The notes under the pieces: model-generated
The model's input: the letters and a program-made list of their open reading frames with translations, nothing else
What the model was told of the DNA's origin: nothing
Databases searched by the model: none
Program-made: the position numbers and the translations under genes
Source: Planctomycetota bacterium
GTDB lineage: Bacteria > Planctomycetota > JAJSAM01 > JAJVHW01
DNA: 64,000 bases
Reading direction: 5' to 3'
Assembly: GCA_965248445.1 (NCBI GenBank)
Contig: CBDFJG010000004.1
Location: 800,001 to 864,000, forward strand
Part shown: positions 10,944 through 20,153 of the stretch, one piece after another
Layout of the letters: each line of letters begins with the position of its first letter
Numbering within the stretch: position 1 is the stretch's first letter

Positions 10944-11951
10944 GTGGCGAAGAGGCGCGGAACCGTCGTCGTAGACCGGATCGACAGCCGCGTGCTGCGC
11001 GGGAACGCTCTCGGCGACCCGCACGAGCGCGATCTGCACGTCTATCTGCCTCCGGGATACTCGAAGGGCAGCCGCCGGTATCCGGTGATCGTCCTGATCG
11101 TCGGGTTCACCGGGATCTCCGAGAACCCGTATCAGCGCGGGTACTTCGGGGAGGCGCTGCAGGACCGGATGGACCGACTCATCGCGGCCAAGAAGGTGCC
11201 ACCGATGCTCATCGCGACGCCGGACTGCGTGACAGCGCTCGGCGGGAGCCAATACGTCGACTCAGCGGCGGTCGGCCGGTACGAGACGTTCGTCGTCAAG
11301 GAGGTGGTGCCGCACCTGGACAGCCGGTTCCGCACCAAGCCCGCCGCGCGCCACCGGGCCATCTGCGGCAAGTCGTCGGGCGGCTACGGCGCGCTCATGC
11401 TCGGGATGCGCCACCCGGGCGTGTTCGGGTCGCTGGCCTCGCACTCCGGCGACGCGTACTTCGACTACTGCTACCGCGGCGACTTCCCCACGGCGTGGAA
11501 CACTCTGCGCGCCGCGGGCGGGCCCGAGAAGTGGCTCCGCGGGTTCCAGAAGCGCCGGGTGAAGAAGCCCGGCGGTGGCGACATCCACACGGTGAACATC
11601 ATGGCGATGGCGGCCTGCTATTCACCGAACGCCGAGGCCCCGTTGGGATTCGACCTGCCGTTCGACCTCGAGACAGGTGAGGAGCGGGCGGACGTCATGC
11701 GGCGATGGCGCGCGAAGGACCCGGTCGTGGCTTGCCGCCGCTACGCCAAGAACCTGAAGAAGCTCCGCGGAATCTTCATCGACTGCGGGCTGCGCGACGA
11801 GTGGCACCTGCACATCGGCGCACGCGTCCTGTCGCAGCGCCTCACCGAGCTCGGCATCCGCCACGTACACGAGGAGTTCGACGACACGCACCGGAGCATC
11901 TCGTACCGCTACGACGACTCGTTCGCGTATCTCGGAAGATGGACGCAATGA
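10944..11951 (+). CDS. Putative esterase (alpha/beta hydrolase, Fes/enterochelin esterase-like)
   Basis: VYLPPGY, GKSSGG nucleophile elbow, DCGLRDE and EEFDDTH. GTG start after GAGGTG. Confidence 0.85.
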   Translation: MAKRRGTVVVDRIDSRVLRGNALGDPHERDLHVYLPPGYSKGSRRYPVIVLIVGFTGISENPYQRGYFGEALQDRMDRLIAAKKVPPMLIATPDCVTALGGSQYVDSAAVGRYETFVVKEVVPHLDSRFRTKPAARHRAICGKSSGGYGALMLGMRHPGVFGSLASHSGDAYFDYCYRGDFPTAWNTLRAAGGPEKWLRGFQKRRVKKPGGGDIHTVNIMAMAACYSPNAEAPLGFDLPFDLETGEERADVMRRWRAKDPVVACRRYAKNLKKLRGIFIDCGLRDEWHLHIGARVLSQRLTELGIRHVHEEFDDTHRSISYRYDDSFAYLGRWTQ

Positions 11952-12313
11952 GTGACCGGAGCCCACCCACTAATCTCGACGGAATCGGAATCAGGCGGCG
12001 GATGGTCGGCGCGGGCGTCATGCTGCTCGGCGCGTGCGGGATCGCGTGGTGGTCGGGGACCGCCGCCGCTCCGAGCTGGTCCCGCTGGGTCGCGCTCGTA
12101 CCGTTCACGATCGGGGCTCTGAGTGTGTTCCAGGCCACGGCCGGGACCTGAGTGGTCCGAGCCGCGCGCGGTGCGCGCGAACGAGGCGGAAGGGTCGAAC
12201 CCATCCTGGACGCCGCGCTGCGCGACGCGATCCGCACCCGCGCTCGCGGCGTCCTGCTGCGCACCGCCGCCGCGATCGCCGCCGGCGCGCTGGCACTCGT
12301 GCTTCTCCCGTGA
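11948..12313 (+). CDS. Small membrane protein with in-frame UGA at 12149-12151; candidate selenoprotein (121 aa)
   Basis: ATG overlaps the esterase stop (ATGA). The frame stays open after TGA and encodes a further amphipathic and TM helix ending at TGA 12311-12313. A SECIS-like hairpin lies 11 nt after the UGA. Confidence 0.65.
12152..12190 (+). promoter_or_regulatory. Putative bacterial SECIS element
   Basis: UGA + 11 nt + CGCGCGC-GGU-GCGCGCG (12163-12179); a possible lower stem pairs UCCG (12156-12159) with CGGA (12187-12190). Confidence 0.55.
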
Positions 12314-12348
12314 TCGCCTCCGTCCGCGGGATTGGGTAGGGTTCAGCG

Positions 12349-13068
12349 ATGTCCAGGGAGGCAAGGCTCACCAAACTGGCCGCGACGGTCGCCGGCTGTG
12401 AACGCTGCCCGCGCCTCGTCGAGTACTGCCGCGCCGTAGCCATCAAGAAGCGACGCGCATACCGCGACCAGACTTACTGGGGACGTCCGGTCCCCGGCTT
12501 CGGTGACGGGAACGCCCGCGTGATGCTGCTCGGCCTGGCGCCCGGCGCCCATGGCGCGAACCGCACCGGCCGCATGTTCACCGGCGACGGCCAGGACGGA
12601 CGGGGTGCCTCCGACTTCCTGGCCGCCGCCCTCCACGCGGTCGGCGCCGCATCGCAGACCACGTCCCGCGACCGGCACGATGGATTCGCTCTGATCGACG
12701 TCTACCTGACCGCGATCTGCCGGTGCGCGCCACCGGGGAACCTGCCGTCCCGCGACGAGATCTCATCGTGCGCTGAGTACGTGCACGAGGAACTCGATTT
12801 GCTCGCCCCGCGGGTCGTCGTCGCTCTCGGCAAGCTCGCGTTCGACCAAGGCGTGCGGGTGATCGGTGACCGCGGTGGGCCGATCCCTGCGCCACGCCCC
12901 CGCTTCGGACACGGTGCCGAGTTCCAGGCCGAGGGCGACTTCCCGCTCCTGCTGGGCTCCTACCATCCGAGCCGGCTGAACACTTCCACCGGCGTGCTCA
13001 GTCAAGCGATGCTGCGCCAGGTTCTGGAACGAGCTCTCGACGTCGCGCGGGCCGACGACCCCTCGTGA
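12349..13068 (+). CDS. Uracil-DNA glycosylase, family 5 (UdgB-like, Fe-S)
   Basis: CERCPRL, GLAPGAHGANRTGRMFTGD, CRCAPPGN, YHPS. Confidence 0.92.
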   Translation: MSREARLTKLAATVAGCERCPRLVEYCRAVAIKKRRAYRDQTYWGRPVPGFGDGNARVMLLGLAPGAHGANRTGRMFTGDGQDGRGASDFLAAALHAVGAASQTTSRDRHDGFALIDVYLTAICRCAPPGNLPSRDEISSCAEYVHEELDLLAPRVVVALGKLAFDQGVRVIGDRGGPIPAPRPRFGHGAEFQAEGDFPLLLGSYHPSRLNTSTGVLSQAMLRQVLERALDVARADDPS

Positions 13069-13127
13069 ACGACTGCATCCGGCCACCGGCGCTGCGTCGT
13101 GGTCGCTCGGGTTACTCGGACAGACTT

Positions 13128-14729
13128 CTAGTTCTCGACGAGTTCGTGCTCTTCGTCGGCGGCTAGGTCGCCGAACTCCTGGACTTCCCCCGTCGGCCAG
13201 CGCACGCGCACGTCCCGGATCTCACTCTCGCCGCCCAGCCCGAAGTGGACACGCAGGTCGCCTGCGGAGATGTACCCGACGCTGCCCTGCACGTCGCGCA
13301 CGACCGTGCGCTCCCCGACCCGGCCGGTGACGCGCGCGCCGAGGGCGAGCCGGTTGGAACGCGTGCCGCGCAAACGTAGGCGGACCCAGCGGCCTGCGTC
13401 CCTGGTCACGTTCGCGAAGATCGCGGCCTTGTCCGAGAGTGCCAGCACCACGACGTCGAGCCGTCCGTCGTCGTCGAGGTCCGTCGCCACCGCGCCTCTC
13501 GCGCACGCCTGCAGCGCGCCCCCGACCCCCGCGCGCACGAAGCCGCCGTCGTTCTCGGCCACCACGGCGAATGACTCCTGCGGATCCAGGCTCCGCAGAT
13601 CGCCGTGCGCTTTGTACAGGTCCAGGTCGCCGTCGTTGTCGATGTCGAACGGAACGTCCGCCCACCCCACCCACTGGCGGGACAGCGCCAGGAGCCCGAG
13701 GTCCGCCGCGCGGTCCGTGAACCACGTCTTGCGCGCCAGGTAGGCGCAGCCGCCCTCGGTGTCGGGGATCAAGAAGTCGAGCCGGCCGTCGCCGTCGATG
13801 TCCGCGGTGTCCACTCCCATCGACGCGCGCGCACTCCCGCTCAGGCCATAAGCGAGTCCCGTCACCGGCGCCACGTCCTCGAACGTGCCGTCTCCCTTGT
13901 TGCGCCAGACGAAGTTCGGCTCCGTGTCGTTCGCGACAAACACGTCGATCCAGCCGTCGTCATCGACGTCGGTCGCCACCACCGACATGGCCTTGCCGGC
14001 CTTGCCGACTCCCGCCTCGAGAGTCACGTCCTCGAAGACACCGTTGCCGTCGTTGCGGTAGAGCGACCCGGTCTGGGGGAGGAACGCCGCAGGCGGTGGA
14101 AATGCCGCGGCCGAAGCGTGGATGCGCATGTCCGTGTGCATCTGCCGCGGATCGACGTACTGCCCGACGTAGAGATCGAGGTCGCCGTCGCGGTCGTAGT
14201 CGACGAACGCGGCGCCTGCATGCAGGCCGGGCGCGATGCCGCTCCGCGCGCTCCAGTCCTCGAACGTGCCGTCGCCCGCGTTGCGATAGAGGACGCTGCC
14301 GCCGTAGTTCGAGACGAACAGGTCCGGGAGCCCGTCCCCGTCGGCGTCACCGACGCACGCTCCGAGTCCGAAGCCCGTGTCGCCGACACCGGCTGCGATC
14401 GTCACGTCCTCGAAACGAAAGCCGCCGAGGTTGCGGAACAGGCGGTTCGGCGCCGGCTTCTCCGGCCGCTCGGCCCGCGCGAAGTCCGGGTGCCACCCGC
14501 CGTTGACCATGTAGAGGTCCTGGCGTCCGTCGCCGTCGTAGTCGAGGACGGCGAAGCCACCCATCGCCGCCTTGGGGAGCGTGTCCATGCGGCCGCCGGG
14601 CAACTCGTGCCGGAAGCGGAAGCCGGAGTCGCCGTCGGCGCGCTGGAGCCGCGGGACGGGATCCGGCCGGGTGCACGCGGCCGCCGTCCCGACGAGGAGC
14701 AGGGCGGCCAGCGCCCCGACGCGATCCAC
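13128..14729 (-). CDS. CRTAC1-family lipoprotein (FG-GAP repeats + ASPIC/UnbV)
   Basis: Lipobox TAAAC, multiple DxDxDG repeats, and SNRLALGARV..VHFGLG..VRWP. GTG start at 14729, just after the upstream stop. Confidence 0.88.
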   Translation of the reverse strand: MDRVGALAALLLVGTAAACTRPDPVPRLQRADGDSGFRFRHELPGGRMDTLPKAAMGGFAVLDYDGDGRQDLYMVNGGWHPDFARAERPEKPAPNRLFRNLGGFRFEDVTIAAGVGDTGFGLGACVGDADGDGLPDLFVSNYGGSVLYRNAGDGTFEDWSARSGIAPGLHAGAAFVDYDRDGDLDLYVGQYVDPRQMHTDMRIHASAAAFPPPAAFLPQTGSLYRNDGNGVFEDVTLEAGVGKAGKAMSVVATDVDDDGWIDVFVANDTEPNFVWRNKGDGTFEDVAPVTGLAYGLSGSARASMGVDTADIDGDGRLDFLIPDTEGGCAYLARKTWFTDRAADLGLLALSRQWVGWADVPFDIDNDGDLDLYKAHGDLRSLDPQESFAVVAENDGGFVRAGVGGALQACARGAVATDLDDDGRLDVVVLALSDKAAIFANVTRDAGRWVRLRLRGTRSNRLALGARVTGRVGERTVVRDVQGSVGYISAGDLRVHFGLGGESEIRDVRVRWPTGEVQEFGDLAADEEHELVEN

Positions 14730-14730
14730 G

Positions 14731-17700
14731 CTACTCGCCGCTCCCCACCGGAAGCTGGATCTCGACGCGCGAAGAGCCTCCCTCGACGACCTCGAACGGG
14801 TCGCTGCGGCGGGATGCGGCGTCCTTCGACACGCCGATCGTGTACGTCCCCGGCGAGATTCCGTCCAGACGGCAATCCCCGCGTGCATCGGTCTTCGCCG
14901 CCTGGGTCGAGAAGATCGAGCTGATCGAGATCGCCCGCTCGATGCGGTTGCCGTCGGCGTCCAGCACGTCGACGAGCGCGCCCCCGAGTGGCGCGCCGCC
15001 TTCGTCGGTCACGACGACGTCGATGGTGCCACCCTTCAAGAGCGTGAAATCGAGTGTGACCTGCTCGCCGACGGCAACCTCCGACTCCTTCTCGGCCGGT
15101 GCGTAGCCGTCCTTCGAGAACGCGAACGTGAAGCGACCGGGGGGCAGCGTGGCCTGGATGTAGCTGCCGTCACTCGACGACGAGGTCAGCCCGACCAAGA
15201 ACAGCGCGCGACCCTGATCGTCGGTCACGACGAGCTGCGCGCCGGAGATCGGTGTGCCCGCTGCGTTGCGCACGAACCCGGTCACTGTGGCCGGTGAACC
15301 GAGTTCGAGCCGCACGGGAGCGGCATCGGCGCCACCGACGATCGTGATGCCGTCTTCCACAACGGCCCCGTAGCCCTCACGGAACGCGCGGATGCGGTAG
15401 CTGCCGTCTTCCAGTCCACCGATCTCGAACTCTCCGGTCTCGCCGGTGATGTCGTTGCCCTTCCAGCGCTGAGAGATCGTGCTCAGGTTGCTGGCACCGG
15501 CCTCGACGACGCGCTCGCACTCAACGTACACGCCCGACAGAGCATCGCCCGTCGAGACGTCCTTCACCGTCCCGACGATCGTCGCGGTGGCCATGACGAT
15601 CTCGACCGGCTCGGGCGGCTGGTCCGCCGGCACGGTCACGGCGATCGAACGGCTGCCTCCCGACTGCGCAGTCAGCTGGTACTTGCCCGGCTGCACCTGC
15701 TTGAACGTGAACGTGCCGTCGTCCCCCGTTCGCTCCTGTTCGAGAGCGCTCCCGCCGTCGTTGCTGACGAGCGAGATCGAGACGTTCGCGACCGGCTCGG
15801 CACCGCGCAACACGCGGCCCGTGAGCGGGAAGCCCCCTGTTTCGGTGCCGAAGTCGATGACGACAACGGCGCCCTCGGCGACCTTCACACTTCCCTTGCT
15901 CCGGCTGGTCTGCCCGGGCAGGAAGCGTCCCACCGAGACGGTGTACGTCTTGTCGATCGGGACGTTGGTGAACGAGTAGCGCCCGTCGTCGCCGGTCACT
16001 GCGGTGCGGCGTGCGAACAGGTCGAAGCCCGACGTCAGCTCCATGCTCGTACCGGACTGCGGCATACGCGCGTCATCCAGCACCACACCCTCGATGCGTC
16101 CCCCGCTCCCGAGTGCGAATTCGACCGGCGGCGGGAGCGAACCGTCCTCGCCGGCCGGAACGGGATCCACGCCCTCGAACAGCGTGGATGTGTGATCCAC
16201 GTGCGCGACACGCAGCGAGAGCGTGCGCGGGGCCAGTTTGTCGAGCACGAACACGCCGTTCTCGTCGGTCACCGTCGTCAGGTCCTTCACGCGGGACGGC
16301 GGGAAGCCGCCCTTCTCGACGAACACCTCCGCTCCGATGACTGCCTTGCCGGTGAAGCGCCCCACGACCTTGCCGCGCACGATGCCCGCCGCTTCGAGAG
16401 CAATTGCGATCGGCTCCGCGGCGGGGGCGTCGCCTTCGGCTCCCGGCGGCGAGATCTTGATGCTCGTGACGTCCTTCAGCATGTAGCCCGCTGCACTCAC
16501 CTCGAGGCCGTAGTCCGACGGCGGCAGGCGCATGGTGTGCTCGCCGTTCGGGGAGTCGATCTCAAAGAGAGGTGCGAACAGGTAGGCGAACGGCACCTTC
16601 AGGTACGGGCGCAGACCGAACTTTGTGATCGGTTGCCCGGTCGCCGCGTCCGTCACGCGCACCGAGAACTCTCCGCCGAGCTTGATCACGATCTCGAGGT
16701 CCTGCGTACCCGCGGCAACCTGCTGGGACTGCTCGCCGCCGTACTCGTCTTTGTTCGCGAACACCATGTGCTGGCCGCCGCGGAGGCCTCCGAGCGTGAA
16801 CTTGCCCTCGCCGTCGCTGACGACGGCGGGTACGGCCGAGAAGTCACTCCAGCGCAACCCACCGATGCGCGCTCCGGCGATCGGCTCCTGCGCCTCGTTG
16901 AGGATGCGGCCGGAGATCGTCATGCCGGCCTCTATCCGGAAGCTCACGAGCGTCTTCGTGTCGTGCTGCACGGTCATGCGCTCGCGCAGCCCCGTGGCGA
17001 ACCCCTCCGCTTCGGCGAACACGTCGTAGGCCGCCGGCGGCATCAGCTCGAACTCGGCATATCCCGCGGCGTCGGTCTGCGCGCGCAGGATCGTGCCGCC
17101 GGGCACCTTCTCCCACTGCCCGAGCGAGAGCAGCGCGCCGTAGTAGATCGTGGAGGCTGTGACCGACACGTCCGGGATCGGCGCGCCTTCGCTGTCCTTG
17201 CAGAGCACACGCAGCCGGTTGTCGACGTGATCGCCGACGGCCGCGCCGACGTAGATCGTCCCGATGTCCGTCACGTCACCTGCGTCCACCTGCAACCGGT
17301 CGAATCCGCCGCGGGCAAAACCGTCGGCGTGCGCCTCGACGTGGATCCCCGTGCCGGGCGGAACGTTCGCCATCCGGAACGAACCGTCCTTCCCCGCGTG
17401 TGCGCGGGCCAGCGGCTTACTACTCCTCATCGCGGTCACGACGGCACCCACGGCGGGCCGGGTCTGCACGATCATCACGCGCCCGGTGATCGAGCCGAGC
17501 TCCGGGTTCTGCTCGAACTCCTGCCCGATCTCGGGGTACTTCTGCTGGTACGGCGTGCCGGAGGGGCGCGTGACGCGCACCCGGCCGGGCTCCTCGGTGC
17601 CGGGCTTGACGCGATCACGACGGTTGCCGCCCTCTTCGGCGTCCTCTCCGTCGAGGGCGACGTACTCGAGGCTCTCGCCGCCGTCACCGAGACCGGAGGG

Positions 17701-17778
17701 CGAGCCGCTACTGAAGACGAGCCAGGCGAGGAGAGCCAGGGCGAGGATCACGAGAACGGCGATCAGGGCGCGTCGCAT
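14731..17778 (-). CDS. Membrane-anchored protein with many carboxypeptidase-regulatory-like (transthyretin-fold) domains
   Basis: N-terminal TM; about 8 repeats of I.G.V.D..G.P..GA.V...TD..G.F....L.PG.Y. Confidence 0.82.
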   Translation of the reverse strand: MRRALIAVLVILALALLAWLVFSSGSPSGLGDGGESLEYVALDGEDAEEGGNRRDRVKPGTEEPGRVRVTRPSGTPYQQKYPEIGQEFEQNPELGSITGRVMIVQTRPAVGAVVTAMRSSKPLARAHAGKDGSFRMANVPPGTGIHVEAHADGFARGGFDRLQVDAGDVTDIGTIYVGAAVGDHVDNRLRVLCKDSEGAPIPDVSVTASTIYYGALLSLGQWEKVPGGTILRAQTDAAGYAEFELMPPAAYDVFAEAEGFATGLRERMTVQHDTKTLVSFRIEAGMTISGRILNEAQEPIAGARIGGLRWSDFSAVPAVVSDGEGKFTLGGLRGGQHMVFANKDEYGGEQSQQVAAGTQDLEIVIKLGGEFSVRVTDAATGQPITKFGLRPYLKVPFAYLFAPLFEIDSPNGEHTMRLPPSDYGLEVSAAGYMLKDVTSIKISPPGAEGDAPAAEPIAIALEAAGIVRGKVVGRFTGKAVIGAEVFVEKGGFPPSRVKDLTTVTDENGVFVLDKLAPRTLSLRVAHVDHTSTLFEGVDPVPAGEDGSLPPPVEFALGSGGRIEGVVLDDARMPQSGTSMELTSGFDLFARRTAVTGDDGRYSFTNVPIDKTYTVSVGRFLPGQTSRSKGSVKVAEGAVVVIDFGTETGGFPLTGRVLRGAEPVANVSISLVSNDGGSALEQERTGDDGTFTFKQVQPGKYQLTAQSGGSRSIAVTVPADQPPEPVEIVMATATIVGTVKDVSTGDALSGVYVECERVVEAGASNLSTISQRWKGNDITGETGEFEIGGLEDGSYRIRAFREGYGAVVEDGITIVGGADAAPVRLELGSPATVTGFVRNAAGTPISGAQLVVTDDQGRALFLVGLTSSSSDGSYIQATLPPGRFTFAFSKDGYAPAEKESEVAVGEQVTLDFTLLKGGTIDVVVTDEGGAPLGGALVDVLDADGNRIERAISISSIFSTQAAKTDARGDCRLDGISPGTYTIGVSKDAASRRSDPFEVVEGGSSRVEIQLPVGSGE

Positions 17779-17832
17779 GTCTGAAGTCTCCCGAGGGGGC
17801 GTCCCCTCAACCTAACGCGCGTACCGCAGCGG

Positions 17833-18393
17833 CTACTTCACGCGTTCTACGAACTCTCCGGTACGGGTGTCCACTCGGACCATCTCGCCGGACTCGATGA
17901 ACAGGGGCACCTTGATGGTGATGCCCGTCTCGATCGTCGCGTCCTTGAACACGTTGGACACCGTGTCACCGCGCGTGCCCGGTCCGGTCTCGGTGACCTG
18001 CAACTCGACGTGATTGGGCAGCGTGACGCCGACCGGCGTCCCGTCGTACTCCTCCATGAGGACGTTGTCGCCGTCGCGCATGTACTTCGGAGCATCGCCG
18101 AGCAGCTCCGCCTCGAGTGGCGACTGCTCGTACGTCTCGACATCCATGAAGTGGAACAGGTCGCCGTCGCGATAGAGGAACTGGTACTCGCGCGTCTCGA
18201 TGAACGCGAAGTCGATCTTGTCGGTCGATCGGAAGCGGTGCGTGACCTTGGCTCCGGACTTCAGGTTGCGCAGCGTCGCCTGCACGAATCCGCGCAGGTT
18301 GCCCGGGGTCTTGTGGATGAAGTCCAGGCAACGCCAGAGCTCGCCCTCGTGAACGAGGATCTTGCCCTTCTTGATGTCGGTCGCAGTCGGCAC
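17833..18393 (-). CDS. efp: Elongation factor P (PGNLR loop variant)
   Basis: 186 aa; FLYRDGDLFHFMDVETYEQ, RGDT, and VPLFIESGEMVRVDTRTGEFVER. Confidence 0.96.
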   Translation of the reverse strand: MPTATDIKKGKILVHEGELWRCLDFIHKTPGNLRGFVQATLRNLKSGAKVTHRFRSTDKIDFAFIETREYQFLYRDGDLFHFMDVETYEQSPLEAELLGDAPKYMRDGDNVLMEEYDGTPVGVTLPNHVELQVTETGPGTRGDTVSNVFKDATIETGITIKVPLFIESGEMVRVDTRTGEFVERVK

Positions 18394-18488
18394 GTCGTGT
18401 CTCCGCTATCGGGATCGAGATCGCGTTCCAACCCTTCATTCTGATCGCCGTCGCCCCGGGACGCCGAGGAAAGGCCCCCGGCCCGCGC

Positions 18489-20105
18489 TCAGCGAGGCCG
18501 GAGCGGCACTTCGACCTCGGTGACGCGGTCGTCGTGGATCTCGAAATGGTGAACCGCAGCCGGGTGGTAGCCAACCGCCGTGACCATCAGCTCGTGCGGG
18601 CCGGTGAAGTCGGCGGCGACGAACGGCGGGTATCCGGTTCCCGGGTTGAACGGGTCCGGCCAGTGGTGCACACGGCCGCTGTAGCGCGGCCGCTTGACGC
18701 GCAGGCTCAGTACGCCGCGCGGCGGCTGGAGTGGTCGGCGAGTCACGGCGTCGACGAACCGAAGCGCGATGCTCCGGCCCGCCCGCATGACGATCTCGAT
18801 GCCCTCGTCGTCCGGCGTGACGTCGCGGGCGACGCCCAGCCGCAGCGGCTGTCCCCACGCCACCGAGGCACGGCTGCCCGGCTCGACCGTGAAGAACACG
18901 CCGAGCGCGGCGATGTCGAACGGCCCCGGCCCGAGACCATGCAGCACCGCGACGCCGTCCCCGGTCGTGACCGTCGCGCGCACGGTGAGGCCGGCCTGCA
19001 CCACGTGCACGACGGTGCCGGTGGGCGCCGGAAGGCTCTTGTCCGCGCGAGCGCGGATCGTGAGGGAACGGCCCCGCGCCACCACGATGTCGCCGGCGTC
19101 GCGCACACCGTCCTGCGGCTCCGGCAGGTCCGCCACGGCCACCCCGAGATCGACGGCCGGGAGAACGATCACGCGGGCGTGCGCCGGCGTCACGAACGCG
19201 AATTCGAATCGCCCATCTACGCCGGTCTTCGTCGCGTAAACGCCGCCGTCAAGCTGGACCGAGGCACCCACGGCCGGCTCCCCAGCCGCAGTCAGCACGC
19301 GCCCGACCGCGCGAACTCCCGGCGGCGCACGCAAGACGATCGCACCGGAACGCAGGGTGAGTGCATCGAAGCGCTCCGTCAGCGGCGCGGTCACCGGCGC
19401 GGGGAACGCCTGGATGGTCGCACCGTCCGCCACCACCGACGCCGCTATCGACGCAAACTGGAACTTCCCCCGCACATCGCAGCGGGCCCAATGCTTGAAC
19501 GTATCCGTCGTGACGTTCGAAGTGCGCAGGATGACCTGCACGTGCGGCATGCCGCGCCCGGCGACATCCACAACCTGGCCACGGACCGTGACGGCCGGCT
19601 CGAGACGCAGTTCGATCACGAGATCCCCTTCTTCGGGGGGAAAGAGGATCTGGCTCTGGACGCGCTCGTCACCGCGCAGGGCGAGCACGCGGAACATGCC
19701 CTCGCCGGTCCAGATCCGCACACGTGCGCCTCCCGCCGCGTCCGTCAGCGCCACCGGCTCGCCCGCGAGCGCGAGCCGTGTCTGCAGCGCGACCACCTGG
19801 ATGAGCGCACCCTCGACGACGGCGCCGTTGCCGTCGAGCACCGAGACGCGCGCGTACTTGTACTCGGTCGGTGGCGGGATGACGCCCGTGGGTGCAGGAG
19901 CGGCGGGCTGCTCGCCGTGGACCGACCCACCGGTCCCTCGCTCGATCCGATCCCGCGGCGCTCGCTCCTCCCCGGCAACGACGGTCCCCTCCGTACCGCG
20001 CAACTCCGGTGGAGCCGCCCCCGGACCCGTCATGAACCACGCGGCCGTGCCGAGCAGCACGAGAAGCAGCAGCAGGATGGCGAGGGCAACGAGAACGCGG
20101 CGCAC
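18489..20105 (-). CDS. Membrane-anchored carboxypeptidase-regulatory-like domain protein
   Basis: N-terminal TM; repeats such as VRGQVVDVAGRG and VGRVLTAAGEPAVGASV..TKTGVDGRFEF. Confidence 0.7.
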   Translation of the reverse strand: MRRVLVALAILLLLLVLLGTAAWFMTGPGAAPPELRGTEGTVVAGEERAPRDRIERGTGGSVHGEQPAAPAPTGVIPPPTEYKYARVSVLDGNGAVVEGALIQVVALQTRLALAGEPVALTDAAGGARVRIWTGEGMFRVLALRGDERVQSQILFPPEEGDLVIELRLEPAVTVRGQVVDVAGRGMPHVQVILRTSNVTTDTFKHWARCDVRGKFQFASIAASVVADGATIQAFPAPVTAPLTERFDALTLRSGAIVLRAPPGVRAVGRVLTAAGEPAVGASVQLDGGVYATKTGVDGRFEFAFVTPAHARVIVLPAVDLGVAVADLPEPQDGVRDAGDIVVARGRSLTIRARADKSLPAPTGTVVHVVQAGLTVRATVTTGDGVAVLHGLGPGPFDIAALGVFFTVEPGSRASVAWGQPLRLGVARDVTPDDEGIEIVMRAGRSIALRFVDAVTRRPLQPPRGVLSLRVKRPRYSGRVHHWPDPFNPGTGYPPFVAADFTGPHELMVTAVGYHPAAVHHFEIHDDRVTEVEVPLRPR

Positions 20106-20153
20106 GGCGTCAGGTTAGACGCGCGTGGGCCGCGTTCCTTCGGCCACCGCAGA

